Source: an uncultured Bacteroidales bacterium (lineage in GTDB: Bacteria; Bacteroidota; Bacteroidia; Bacteroidales; FEN-979). Taken from it: a DNA stretch of 64,000 bases. The stretch's first letter is position 1. Each line of letters starts with the position of its first letter. Shown here piece after piece: positions 10,500 to 20,512 of the stretch. The translations under genes and the position numbers were made by a program. Location of the stretch: contig CAWAVC010000025.1 of assembly GCA_963785325.1 (NCBI GenBank), positions 202,051 to 266,050 on the forward strand, given 5' to 3'. The notes beneath the pieces are model-generated. The model saw only the letters and a program-made list of their open reading frames with translations, searched no databases and had not been told where the DNA came from.

Positions 10500-10850
10500 A
10501 TGAAAGAAATTGTAGAAAACACCAGTATGATAGCATACTGCGGCCTGTATTGCGGTGCGTGTAAAGCTTATTTGAAAGAGAAATGTATGGGGTGTCATGA
10601 AAATTCAAAGGCTTCCTGGTGTAAAGTTCGTTCCTGCAACATTGAGCATGGATATAAAAGCTGTGCGGATTGCACTGAATTTACCGATCCCCGGGAATGT
10701 AGGAAATTCAATAATTTCTTCTCTAAGATATTTGCCTTGTTCCTGGGCTCGGATCGCCCGGCATGTATCACTAAGATCAAAGAATCAGGCTACGAAGAAT
10801 TTACCCGCTTCATGACTGAACATCGCCTGCAAAGTATCAAAAGAAACTGA
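10500..10850 (+). CDS. Cys-rich DUF3795-like protein
   Basis: CGLYCGACKAYLKEKCMGC...CKVRSC...CADC pattern in about 115 aa. Confidence 0.55.
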   Translation: MKEIVENTSMIAYCGLYCGACKAYLKEKCMGCHENSKASWCKVRSCNIEHGYKSCADCTEFTDPRECRKFNNFFSKIFALFLGSDRPACITKIKESGYEEFTRFMTEHRLQSIKRN

Positions 10851-10912
10851 ACTTTGCAAAACCTCAAGATTTTCGAGTCAAACGTCACTATTTTTCCATT
10901 TTGCTATTTTAC

Positions 10913-12553
10913 TTAATGGCATCGGTCTTCTTTCATGAATGGATAAGTAAATTCATCAGGTGGGATCAGGGTTTCTTTTATTGTCCTGGGGCTGGTCCAG
11001 CGTAAAAGGTTCAGGAAACTTCCCGATTTATCATTAGTGCCCGAACCCCTGGCTCCACCGAAAGGCTGTTGTCCAACCACGGCGCCGGTGGGCTTATCAT
11101 TAAAGTAGATGTTCCCGGCAGCATACCTGAGAATACGAAAGGCATGGTTCAGTGCATCCCTGTCATTTGCAAAGACTGATCCGGTCAGGGCATACGGTGA
11201 GGTCTGATCGCAAATCTTCAGCGTTTCTTCAAAATCTTTATCTTTATAAACATAGACAGTCATCACAGGACCAAAAATCTCTTCTTCCATCGTTTTAAAA
11301 TGAGGATCTTTTGTCAGAATCACTGTAGGCTCCACAAAATATCCTATTGATTTGTCCCCATTTCCTCCAAAGATCACTTCCGCATCCTTCGATTTCTTTG
11401 CATAATCGATGTAGCCCATGATGTTATCGAACGACTTCTCATCAATAACGGCATTCATAAAATGGCCAAATTCGTTAACATTCCCTAATGTAATCCTGGA
11501 AATCATATCACCCATCCTGGTTTTAATATCATTCCACAATGATTCCGGGATATAGGAACGGGAGGCAGCCGAACATTTTTGACCCTGATACTCAAATGCA
11601 CCTCTTACAATGGCAACGGCAACTTCCTGCGGACCGGCAGAAGGATGAACAAAGATGAAGTCTTTTCCTCCAGTCTCGCCAACGATCCTGGGATATGATC
11701 TGTATATCTGCATATTTTCCGCGATGGATTTCCATATCCCGTTAAAGGTGCCGGTTGAACCGGTAAAATGGATCCCTGAGAAATCACGGTGTTTTAATAC
11801 AGTTTTACCAATCAGGCTTCCCGATCCCGGTAAGAAATTGATCACTCCGTCAGGAATGCCGGCTTCCTGATAGATCTTCATTAGATAATAATTAGATAAC
11901 AGGCTGGTAGAAGAAGGCTTCCATACGACCGTATTCCCCATCACCACCGGAGCCATGTTCAGGTTGGAGCCAATGGCGGTAAAATTAAATGGAGAAACCG
12001 TAAAGATAAATCCTTCCAGTGGGCGGTATTCTGTGCGATTGATGACGCCCGGTTGTGAAGTAGGTTGAAGCTTGTATATTTCAGAAATAAAATAAGCATT
12101 GTACCGAAGATAATCAATGGTTTCACAGGCAGAGTCGATCTCGGCCTGATAAGCATTTTTCCCCTGGCCAAGCATGGTAGCGGCATTCATCACGAACCGA
12201 TATTTTTTTGCTATCAGATCTGCAATCTTCAGACTGATGGAGACGCGTTCTACCCATGAAAGAGATGCCCATTCCCTGTGGGCATTAAGAGCTGCATCGA
12301 TGGCCATCTTCACCTCCTTATCTCCCGCCATATGATAAACGGCAAGTACATGCTGATGATCATGAGGCATGATGACCTTCTTTGTATTACCTGTCCTGAC
12401 TTCCTTTCCATCGATGATAAGCGGAACGTCGATCACCTCGTTGCTCATACGGCTAAGTTCTGCATTCAGCGTTTTCCTTTCTTTACAACCTGGCGCATAA
12501 TCCAATGTATGCTCATTAACCGGTCGCTCCATATTAAAAATCGCATTATTCAT
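10913..12553 (-). CDS. pruA: L-glutamate gamma-semialdehyde (1-pyrroline-5-carboxylate) dehydrogenase
   Basis: Aldehyde dehydrogenase fold with ETGGKDF and QKCSAASR catalytic motifs. About 540 aa PruA-type length and N-terminus. Confidence 0.85.
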   Translation of the reverse strand: MNNAIFNMERPVNEHTLDYAPGCKERKTLNAELSRMSNEVIDVPLIIDGKEVRTGNTKKVIMPHDHQHVLAVYHMAGDKEVKMAIDAALNAHREWASLSWVERVSISLKIADLIAKKYRFVMNAATMLGQGKNAYQAEIDSACETIDYLRYNAYFISEIYKLQPTSQPGVINRTEYRPLEGFIFTVSPFNFTAIGSNLNMAPVVMGNTVVWKPSSTSLLSNYYLMKIYQEAGIPDGVINFLPGSGSLIGKTVLKHRDFSGIHFTGSTGTFNGIWKSIAENMQIYRSYPRIVGETGGKDFIFVHPSAGPQEVAVAIVRGAFEYQGQKCSAASRSYIPESLWNDIKTRMGDMISRITLGNVNEFGHFMNAVIDEKSFDNIMGYIDYAKKSKDAEVIFGGNGDKSIGYFVEPTVILTKDPHFKTMEEEIFGPVMTVYVYKDKDFEETLKICDQTSPYALTGSVFANDRDALNHAFRILRYAAGNIYFNDKPTGAVVGQQPFGGARGSGTNDKSGSFLNLLRWTSPRTIKETLIPPDEFTYPFMKEDRCH

Positions 12554-13009
12554 AAATTCAAATTTTTAGGTACAAATATACTGTTTATTTAGAACGTTTC
12601 CAATTAAACAACATGTTTTTACGATATGTTATTATTGACATATCGGGATCAAAAGTAATAAAATGAAGGTTATGTTGGCTTACAAGAAGAATTAAAAGGA
12701 TTAACCAAATCATCTCACAAGTGAAATGGATGAGTTGGAATCGGGCTAAAATAAAATCGGATATGCAAAAAACGGCTTGTGGAAAAAAGAAATAACTTTG
12801 TATAAAGATCATAGTCCGTGGAAAAAACATTCAAGAATGGTTTATCTGATATTCATCTTCATTACAAAATATGGATGTCGGATAAAGATAACAATGGAAT
12901 CCTTGGTGATGGGAAATGGCAGATCCTGAAACTGATTGAAAATTAAGAATGAAAAATGAAAAAGTAAAAATGATAATTGAAAATTATAAAACTTGTTAAT
13001 ACTTGCGTT

Positions 13010-13972
13010 ATGGTGAAAAAAATTACTCTCTTATTAATTGCAGTTATTACATCTATCAGTATGTACTCTCAACCAAAAAACAATGCTATCTCAGGTGATC
13101 TGATAATTTATCATGCCGGGAGTCTTTCGATGCCTTTTAAGGAAATTGTAGCGGAGTTCAATAAAATATACCCAAAAGTGAATGTTTTGACGGAAGCAGC
13201 AGGCAGTGTAGCTTCGGCACGCAAGATCACTGACCTCAACCAGCCCTGCGATATACTGGCATCTGCAGATTATGGAGTTATCGATAACATGCTTATCCCG
13301 AAATATGCAGACTGGGATATCAAGTTTGTAAGCAATGAACTCTCGATCGTTTATGACGAAAAATCGCGGCTTTCCAATCATATCAATTCCAAAAACTGGT
13401 ACACTATCCTAATGAATAAAGAAGTTTCTTTTGGCCGTTCCGATCCCAATGCCGATCCTTGCGGCTACCGTACTATCCTGTCGCTTGAGCTGGCTGAGAA
13501 ATATTATAAAAAACCGGGACTTGCCAAAATGATCTCCGGAAAGGATCAGAATTACATTCGTCCGAAAGAAGTGGATCTGCTTGCTTTGCTGGAATCAGGC
13601 AGTATCGATTACATTTTCCTTTATCGCTCAGTTGCTATTCAACACAACCTGAAATATATTACCCTGCCTGATGAAATTAATTTAAAAAGCATGGGCCTCG
13701 CTGCACAGTATGCCACTGTCGCTACCGAGATCAATGGAAAAGAACCGGGAAAGAAAGAAACGGTCAAAGGCGAACCAATGGTATATGGCGTTACGATGCT
13801 GCGCGATGCACCGAACAAACCTGCAGCCATTGCATTTTTACAATTCCTCCTTTCAAAGGATAAAGGGATGAAGATCATGGAGAAGGATGGGCAGCCATCA
13901 GTAATTCCAATGGCTGTTCAAAATTATGATAAGCTTCCGAAGGAGCTGAAGGAATTCGCGAAGGCGAAGTAG
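13010..13972 (+). CDS. periplasmic tungstate/molybdate-binding protein, WtpA/ModA type
   Basis: Signal peptide. IIYHAGSLSMPF, AAGSVASARKI and SDPNADPCGYRT motifs resemble WtpA-type oxyanion binders. Permease and ATPase genes follow. Confidence 0.65.
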   Translation: MVKKITLLLIAVITSISMYSQPKNNAISGDLIIYHAGSLSMPFKEIVAEFNKIYPKVNVLTEAAGSVASARKITDLNQPCDILASADYGVIDNMLIPKYADWDIKFVSNELSIVYDEKSRLSNHINSKNWYTILMNKEVSFGRSDPNADPCGYRTILSLELAEKYYKKPGLAKMISGKDQNYIRPKEVDLLALLESGSIDYIFLYRSVAIQHNLKYITLPDEINLKSMGLAAQYATVATEINGKEPGKKETVKGEPMVYGVTMLRDAPNKPAAIAFLQFLLSKDKGMKIMEKDGQPSVIPMAVQNYDKLPKELKEFAKAK

Positions 13973-14012
13973 TGAGAGGTGAATGGTGAGAAGTGAGAGG
14001 TGAGAAGTGAAT
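13972..14012 (+). repeat. short mosaic array GGTGAGA/GGTGAAT
   Basis: Direct reading. The stop codon TAG of the binding-protein gene lies inside the first unit. Confidence 0.8.
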
Positions 14013-14024
14013 ATTTAATTACAG

Positions 14025-15101
14025 ATGAGATACTTTTTTAACATTTCGATAATTCTTTTTATATCTTCTTTGCTAATAAACAATGGTATAATGGGACAAG
14101 ATTTCAGGAAAGGCGATTCCATTAAAAACATTATCCCGGCTGCTGATGCCGGTGATTTAAACAATAACTTTTATGATAATACGGAAACCTACAGGTTATC
14201 CGGTGGTGAGATCGAGGTTGCAGGTGAAATAGAGAATCCGGGGAAAGTTGATCTCTCAAAGTTACCAAAACACGCGGTAATCGTTAAAGAAACCTTGATC
14301 AAGGAAGATGGGACCGATGCTTTTGTCGGCGCTTATCGCTACGATGGATATTCTTTGTTCGATATCCTTTGTGACAGGATAGTCAGAAAAAAGAATGCTG
14401 CTGAATTTAAGCTTATCATTGATCTTTATGTCGAGATCGAAAATCAAAAAGGCGATAAAGTCGTCCTTAGCTGGGGAGAGATCTATTACCCAAATTCCCT
14501 TCATAATTGTATAATTGCTACCGATGTAGCACGAATTGTCCCCAGCAAATCGAAAGATCTGTGGCCATTACCAGCTGAACGAAAGCTGGTTGTCGGAAAT
14601 GATCTTATCACGGAAAGAAATATTTCCAATCCAGTAAAGATCACTGTCAGGTCCTGGTCCCATTCAATTCCGGTTAACCGTGATCTTGATCCTTTGTATT
14701 CTCCGGAATTCAATATTTTTAATGGAGATAAGATCCTGACGACGGTCAGTGAAAGTCCTAAGTTACAACCTGAGACTGTCCATACCATTTTCTATGGCCG
14801 TGGCAGGGGAATTCACAGTACACAGCCATATACAGGGTTCTACCTGAAAGAGTTTCTGGGCAAATATTTTACTCCGGAAAAAAAGAACCTGCAGCAGGGG
14901 CTGGTGACCATCGTTGGGAAAGATGGTTATCGAGCTGTATTCAGCTTTAGTGAGATCATGAACCGTAATGACCAGTCGGAAGTGTTGCTAATACCTTGTA
15001 AAGAAGAGAAAGACGGTGGAAAATTCAGGATCTTTCCCGCCGGTGATTTTTTCTCGGACAGAGCGGTGAAGGCGGTTTCTGAGATACGGGTAACTTGGTA
15101 A
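14025..15101 (+). CDS. secreted protein of unknown function with two tandem modules resembling the SUOX/YedY-type molybdopterin-oxidoreductase fold
   Basis: Signal-like N-terminus. Two internal modules each carry a DGY...F/L..I and ...R.VK.V..I.V-type pattern (YRYDGYSLFDIL...NPVKITV; GKDGYRAVFSFSEIM...RAVKAVSEIRV). Confidence 0.4.
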   Translation: MRYFFNISIILFISSLLINNGIMGQDFRKGDSIKNIIPAADAGDLNNNFYDNTETYRLSGGEIEVAGEIENPGKVDLSKLPKHAVIVKETLIKEDGTDAFVGAYRYDGYSLFDILCDRIVRKKNAAEFKLIIDLYVEIENQKGDKVVLSWGEIYYPNSLHNCIIATDVARIVPSKSKDLWPLPAERKLVVGNDLITERNISNPVKITVRSWSHSIPVNRDLDPLYSPEFNIFNGDKILTTVSESPKLQPETVHTIFYGRGRGIHSTQPYTGFYLKEFLGKYFTPEKKNLQQGLVTIVGKDGYRAVFSFSEIMNRNDQSEVLLIPCKEEKDGGKFRIFPAGDFFSDRAVKAVSEIRVTW

Positions 15102-15102
15102 A

Positions 15103-15207
15103 ATCGTGACGCGTGACGCGAAAGAATTGGCGAACTGGTGAACTGGCGAACTGGTGAACTGGCGAGTGAAAAAGTAGTGAATTGGTGATGTTGTGACGCA
15201 GTGAACT
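15103..15207 (+). repeat. mosaic array: GCGTGAC x2, then octamers GGCGAACT/GGTGAACT
   Basis: Direct reading. Confidence 0.85.
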
Positions 15208-15280
15208 AAAAAAATATTTTGTAACTCTTTGTAAATCTGTTACTTTTTTATTCGATAAAGATCTAAATACAGTTTTAACC

Positions 15281-16114
15281 TTGAAACGGTATCAGCCAAT
15301 ACAATTAGTATTCATTTTATTAGGAGCGCTTGTCCTATTATTTATTCTTGCACCCTTGTTGGGGATGTTTTTAAAAACCAGTCCTCAAAGTCTATTTGAA
15401 ACTGCAAAAGACGAGGAAGTTACAAACAGTATCTGGCTAACTATATGGATCTCTGTTGTATCCACATCATTATTTGCATTGGCTGCCATTCCGCTCTCTT
15501 ATCTACTGGCGAGAAAGAAATTTCCACTTAAAAAGCTGATAACGGGCATTATCGATCTTCCGGTTGTAATTCCTCATTCTGCTGCCGGGATCGCTATCCT
15601 GGGATTTGTTTCCAGGGATACTATCCTTGGCAAAATGGGTTCGGCCATAGGGCTGAATTTTGTAGGGAATCCGGCGGGGATAGCTGTTGCCATGGCATTT
15701 GTGAGCATCCCCTACCTCATAAATTCTGCACGTGACGGTTTTGCCGGCGTTCCTGAGCGTACTGAAAAGGCAGCACTTACATTGGGCGCTACACCAGCCC
15801 GTGTTTTCTTCACCATTTCGCTGCCACTTGCCTGGAGAAATGTTGTTTCAGGCCTGATCCTTATGTTTGCCCGTGGAATGAGTGAATTCGGCGCTGTAAT
15901 TGTAGTTGCTTATCACCCCATGATAACGCCTGTACTGATCTATGAGCGTTTCGGTGCTTTCGGGCTGAAGTACGCACGGCCGGTTTCGGTTTTATTCATC
16001 CTGATCTCACTTACGTTGTTTATTTTACTGAGATGGCTGGCGAGAGAAGAGGACGGAGGACGGAGAACGGAAGACAGAGGACGGAGGGTTGAGAAGGGTG
16101 AAATAGAGAAATGA
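15281..16114 (+). CDS. ABC transporter permease (ModB/WtpB type); the 3' end runs through a GGACGGA heptamer array
   Basis: Six-TM profile and an EAA-like loop ARDGFAGVPERTEKAALTLGA. TTG start. The tail EEDGGRRTEDRGRR is encoded by 5 heptamer units at 16047-16098. Confidence 0.8.
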   Translation: MKRYQPIQLVFILLGALVLLFILAPLLGMFLKTSPQSLFETAKDEEVTNSIWLTIWISVVSTSLFALAAIPLSYLLARKKFPLKKLITGIIDLPVVIPHSAAGIAILGFVSRDTILGKMGSAIGLNFVGNPAGIAVAMAFVSIPYLINSARDGFAGVPERTEKAALTLGATPARVFFTISLPLAWRNVVSGLILMFARGMSEFGAVIVVAYHPMITPVLIYERFGAFGLKYARPVSVLFILISLTLFILLRWLAREEDGGRRTEDRGRRVEKGEIEK

Positions 16115-16127
16115 TGAAAGAAGAAAG

Positions 16128-17180
16128 ATGTTAGAGGTTAGGAATATTTCAAAGCGATTCCCGGATTTCTGTTTGAGGAACGTTTCTTTCTCGGTTGAAG
16201 AGGGAGATTATTTTATTCTGCTGGGGGAATCGGGGGCAGGTAAATCCATGTTGTTGGAAACTATTGCCGGACTGGTTCATCCGGAGAGCGGATCGATTTT
16301 ATTGGAAGGCAACGATATTACGCATCAAAAGATCCATGACCGGAAGATTGGGTTGGTATTCCAGGACTATGCAGTTTTCCCGCACATGACTGTTTACGAG
16401 AACATTGCATTTTCCCATCACGGGCAAAAATTAACCCGCAAAGAAAAAAAAGAATGCGTTTATCAGATTGCAGAGCAACTAAGTATCTTGGGACTTCTTG
16501 CCAGACGGCCTTCTACTCTATCGGGCGGCGAACTGCAAAGGATTGCATTAGCGAGGACGCTGATCCAACAACCGCGGGTATTGTTGCTTGATGAACCGCT
16601 GGCTTCACTCGACAGTCGTATTAAATCTGAACTTCGAAGTCAGTTAAGGAAGATCCACCGTCAAGGACAGACCATTCTTCATGTGACCCACGACTATGAA
16701 GAAGCCCTATCACTAGGAAACAGGATTGCCGTGATCAATAATGGATCAATCGTACAGGAAGGTACACCGGATGAGGTGTTCAAAACTCCGAGATCTGAGT
16801 TTGTAGCGCATTTTACTGGAGCCGGTAATTTTTTCAAAGCCTGGTTGACGGGAGAAAACAATAACAGCATTGCTCTTGCAGAGAATGTACTTCCTGTCAG
16901 GCTGCTTCCTCCTGAGGCCGGACCTGAAGGTTTTATCCTGATCAGGAGTGAAGATATCTTTCTTTCAAATGAATCTTTTGATTCCAGCGCCACAAATAAT
17001 TTCGAAGGAACTGTAACAGAGATCATTCCCGGAATCAGGGGAACCGAAGTAGTGGTTAATACCGGGGTCATCTTTCATGCGCTGATCACTGCTGAATCAC
17101 TGGTTCGTCTTGAACTCACAGAAGGCAAAAAGATATGGCTTCATTTCAAGGCGACGGCGGTAAGATTCATTCCGGGTTAG
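16128..17180 (+). CDS. ABC transporter ATP-binding protein with a C-terminal TOBE-like domain (ModC/WtpC type)
   Basis: Walker A GESGAGKS, signature LSGGELQR, Walker B LLLDEP, plus a roughly 110-aa C-terminal beta domain. Confidence 0.85.
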   Translation: MLEVRNISKRFPDFCLRNVSFSVEEGDYFILLGESGAGKSMLLETIAGLVHPESGSILLEGNDITHQKIHDRKIGLVFQDYAVFPHMTVYENIAFSHHGQKLTRKEKKECVYQIAEQLSILGLLARRPSTLSGGELQRIALARTLIQQPRVLLLDEPLASLDSRIKSELRSQLRKIHRQGQTILHVTHDYEEALSLGNRIAVINNGSIVQEGTPDEVFKTPRSEFVAHFTGAGNFFKAWLTGENNNSIALAENVLPVRLLPPEAGPEGFILIRSEDIFLSNESFDSSATNNFEGTVTEIIPGIRGTEVVVNTGVIFHALITAESLVRLELTEGKKIWLHFKATAVRFIPG

Positions 17181-17197
17181 TCGTATCTTTGCAGATT

Positions 17198-17797
17198 GGG
17201 TACTGGGTACTGGGTTCTGGGTTCTGGGTACTGGGTTCTGGGTACTGGGTTCTGGGTTCTGGGTTCTGGGTACTGGGTACTGGGTACTGGGTACTGGGTT
17301 CTGGGTTCTGGGTTCTGGGTTCTGGGTACTGGGTACTGGGTACTGGGTACTGGGTTCTGGGTACTGGGTTCTGGGTACTGGGTTCTGGGTACTGGGTTCT
17401 GGGTACTGGGTTCTGGGTACTGGGTTCTGGGTACTGGGTTCTGGGTACTGGGTTCTGGGTACTGGGTTCTGGGTACTGGGTTCTGGGTACTGGGTTCTGG
17501 GTACTGGGTTCTGGGTTCTGGGTTCTGGGTTCTGGGTACTGGGTACTGGGTACTGGGTACTGGGTACTGGGTTCTGGGTACTGGGTTCTGGGTACTGGGT
17601 ACTGGGTACTGGGTTCTGGGTTCTGGGTACTGGGTACTGGGTTCTGGGTACTGGGTTCTGGGTACTGGGTTCTGGGTACTGGGTTCTGGGTACTGGGTTC
17701 TGGGTTCTGGGTTCTGGGTACTGGGTACTGGGTACTGGGTTCTGGGTACTGGGTTCTGGGTACTGGGTTCTAGGTACTGGGTACGGGGTACGGGGTA
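17198..17797 (+). repeat. heptamer array, about 85 units, binary mix of GGGTACT and GGGTTCT
   Basis: Direct reading. Long stretches alternate strictly (14-bp period) and others form blocks of 4+4. The array is open in six frames, which produces the artefactual ORFs at 17135-17803. Confidence 0.97.
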
Positions 17798-17818
17798 ATT
17801 CATAATTTATAATTAACC

Positions 17819-18991
17819 ATGATATTGTTTGAGGAGGCTTACCGGATTGTGATGGATCATGTTACCGTTTTTCCAACGGAACGGGTCAACATGATGGATT
17901 GTCCGGGCCGTATTCTGGCAGAGGATATCTATTCGGATACTGATATGCCCCCTTTCAACAAATCGGCAGTTGACGGATTTGCCTGCAAGATTGCTGATCT
18001 TGGCCGCGAGCTTGAAGTAATTGAGACTATTCCGGCAGGTAAAATACCTGAGTTCAGGGTTACTGAAGGAAAATGTTCAAGAATTATGACCGGTGCTACA
18101 CTTCCTGAAGGATCTGATTGTGTGGTTATGGTTGAAGATACACAAATTCTGGATAATGGAATGATGCGATCGAATGGAAAGCCCGGCTCGCCGAACGTCT
18201 GTTACCAAGGTGAAGATATTAAGGCAGGCGACGTGGTCCTCCAGAAAGGAACACTTATAAAGCCTCAACACATTGCAGTCCTTGCTTCAACAGGAGCTGT
18301 CACTCCGAAAGTATCGAAACAGCTTCACGTCGGAATACTCTCAACCGGAGATGAGCTGGTAGAACCTGAACATCTCCCCTCTCCTTCCAAAATAAGAAAT
18401 ACAAACGCATACCAACTTATCGCTCAGGTCACCAACACAGGAGCAATTCCACAGTATGGGGGAATTGCTTCAGATACTGAGATCTCCTTATCGGCGATGC
18501 TTTCTGATTCGCTTGACCGGAATGATATTGTTCTCCTCACCGGGGGTGTTTCGATGGGTGATTTTGACTATGTTCCCAAGGTGATAGAAAACATGAATAT
18601 CAAGATTCTTTTTAAAAGTGTTGCCATCCAACCCGGGAAACCCACAGTTTTCGGGAAACGCGGGGACCAGTTTATTTTTGGATTGCCAGGGAATCCGGTT
18701 TCCTCATTTGTGCTTTACGAAGTTCTTGTAAAACCTTTCCTGCTAAGGACGATGGGATGCCAGGAAGAACCATTAATTATCGCGCTGCCTTTAGGAATTC
18801 CTTTTAAAAGGAAAAAATCTTCACGAAAATTGCTTATCCCGGTAAGAATTGAGAACGGGTTGGTTTTTCCGGTTGAATATCATGGTTCGGCCCACATCAA
18901 TGCATATTCTGAAGCTAAAGGCATGATTGCCATTGATATCGGGAAAACGGAATTGGTAAAAGGAGAAATGACAGATGTTCGATTCCTATAA
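17819..18991 (+). CDS. moeA: molybdopterin molybdenum/tungsten transferase MoeA
   Basis: MoeA domain order. STGDELV, LLTGGVSMGDFDY and GLPGNPVSS motifs. Confidence 0.85.
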   Translation: MILFEEAYRIVMDHVTVFPTERVNMMDCPGRILAEDIYSDTDMPPFNKSAVDGFACKIADLGRELEVIETIPAGKIPEFRVTEGKCSRIMTGATLPEGSDCVVMVEDTQILDNGMMRSNGKPGSPNVCYQGEDIKAGDVVLQKGTLIKPQHIAVLASTGAVTPKVSKQLHVGILSTGDELVEPEHLPSPSKIRNTNAYQLIAQVTNTGAIPQYGGIASDTEISLSAMLSDSLDRNDIVLLTGGVSMGDFDYVPKVIENMNIKILFKSVAIQPGKPTVFGKRGDQFIFGLPGNPVSSFVLYEVLVKPFLLRTMGCQEEPLIIALPLGIPFKRKKSSRKLLIPVRIENGLVFPVEYHGSAHINAYSEAKGMIAIDIGKTELVKGEMTDVRFL

Positions 18992-19775
18992 CCGTTCCCT
19001 TAACTATCTGCGGGTCTCCGTTACTGACCGCTGCAACCTGCGATGTATTTATTGTATGCCTGCGGAAGGTATCCGGCTGATAGATCATTCAGATATCCTA
19101 TCTTTTGAAGAAATCTATAAAGTGATCCTTGAAGGGATCCATCTGGGAATCACCAAAGTACGGATTACAGGCGGTGAGCCGCTTGTAAGAAAAGGTGTTG
19201 TCAACCTGGTAAAAATGGTATCTCAGTTGGAAGCAATCACTGATTTTGGAATGACCACAAACGGAATCCTTCTTGGACAGTTTGCGGTAGAACTTTCAAA
19301 AGCGGGACTTCACAGAGTGAACATCAGTCTCGATACGATCAATCCTGAAAAATACCGCCAGATCACACGTGGTGGAGAAATTGGAAAAGTCTTTGCCGGG
19401 ATTTATGCCGCACAAGAAGCCGGGATCTCCCCTATCAAGATAAATTGTGTTGTTAATAATTCCTCCACGGAACCTGATGCTGTGGAAGTCAGGAACTTCT
19501 GCTTCCAAAATGGGCTTGAGGTCAGGTTTATTCATGAAATGGATCTGGACACGGGTTGTTTTACCCTGGTGGAAGGTGGCGAGGGAGGAAACTGCAGTCA
19601 TTGTAACCGGTTGAGATTGACTGCAAACGGAATGATCAAACCTTGTCTGTTCTCCAATCTTGAATACAGCATCCGTGAGTTTGGGATAAGGGAAGCCCTG
19701 CTGCATGCGATTCATACAAAACCGGAAAAAGGGATAGCCAATAACAGAGATTTATTTCATAATATTGGAGGATGA
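18975..19775 (+). CDS. moaA: GTP 3',8-cyclase MoaA (radical SAM)
   Basis: CNLRCIYCMP radical-SAM cluster, a second cluster CSHCNRLRLTANG...C, and a C-terminal GG tail. Confidence 0.85.
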   Translation: MFDSYNRSLNYLRVSVTDRCNLRCIYCMPAEGIRLIDHSDILSFEEIYKVILEGIHLGITKVRITGGEPLVRKGVVNLVKMVSQLEAITDFGMTTNGILLGQFAVELSKAGLHRVNISLDTINPEKYRQITRGGEIGKVFAGIYAAQEAGISPIKINCVVNNSSTEPDAVEVRNFCFQNGLEVRFIHEMDLDTGCFTLVEGGEGGNCSHCNRLRLTANGMIKPCLFSNLEYSIREFGIREALLHAIHTKPEKGIANNRDLFHNIGG

Positions 19776-19804
19776 AAAGAAATGACGAAATAGCTAGAAT
19801 GGGG

Positions 19805-19876
19805 AGGTACTGGGTACTAGGTACTAGGTACTGGGTACTAGGTACTGGGTACTGGGTACAGGGTACTGGATACTGG
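19805..19876 (+). repeat. heptamer array GGGTACT/AGGTACT
   Basis: Direct reading, between moaA and moaC. Confidence 0.9.
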
Positions 19877-19910
19877 AAAAATGAAAAAGAGGTAATATTA
19901 ATTTTCAATT

Positions 19911-20390
19911 ATGAAAAAACTTAGTCATGTATCTTCTGAGGGGAAGGCGGAGATGGTTGATGTGAGCAACAAGCCCGATCAACTAAGGATAGCCAGGGCC
20001 GCAGGTCATATCACTCTTCTGCCTGAGACTATCAAACTGGTCAGGGAAAACAAAATGAAGAAAGGAGATGTACTTACAGTTGCTGAGATTGCAGGGATCC
20101 AAGGCGGAAAAAAGACAAGTGAACTGATTCCGCTTTGTCACCCTTTACAGATCACAAAGATTGACGTTAAGGCATCCCTTGATCAGACGGGAGTTTTCGT
20201 TGAGAGTGAAGCCCGCTGTATCGGGCCAACCGGCATTGAGATGGAAGCGCTGACCGCCACCGGCATAGCCCTCCTAACCATATATGACATGTGCAAGGCA
20301 GTGGATAAGGGCATGGTAATTGATGAAATTAAGCTTATCGAGAAAAGGAAACAGGAGAAGATCGTGACACGGAAGGGAAATGAAAAATGA
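19911..20390 (+). CDS. moaC: cyclic pyranopterin monophosphate synthase MoaC
   Basis: KGDVL..A.IAGI.., LIPLCHPL and EALTA..IALLTIYDMCKA motifs. Confidence 0.9.
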   Translation: MKKLSHVSSEGKAEMVDVSNKPDQLRIARAAGHITLLPETIKLVRENKMKKGDVLTVAEIAGIQGGKKTSELIPLCHPLQITKIDVKASLDQTGVFVESEARCIGPTGIEMEALTATGIALLTIYDMCKAVDKGMVIDEIKLIEKRKQEKIVTRKGNEK

Positions 20391-20512
20391 AAGATGAAAA
20401 ATAGAGGACGAGCGGATAAGCGGATAAGCAGACGGACGAAGTGGTGAGTAGTGAACGGAGGATGGAAGATGGAGAATGAAGAATGAAGAATGAAAAATGA
20501 AGAATGAAAAAT
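20378..20512 (+). repeat. mosaic array: AATGAAA, AAGCGGAT, GGATGGA, GAATGAA
   Basis: Direct reading. Overlaps the moaC stop codon and the next start codon. Confidence 0.85.

Noticed and set aside
17135-17803. Long ORFs on both strands encoding periodic peptides (GYWVLGT / PSTQYPV). Similar ORFs lie at 2486-2753, 30478-31343, 38214-38607, 51654-52433 and 59336-60530.
   Set aside because: They are a direct consequence of stop-free heptamer or octamer units read in overlapping frames. The same DNA is open in several frames at once, with no start context and no non-repeat domain. I treat them as artefacts of the ORF caller.
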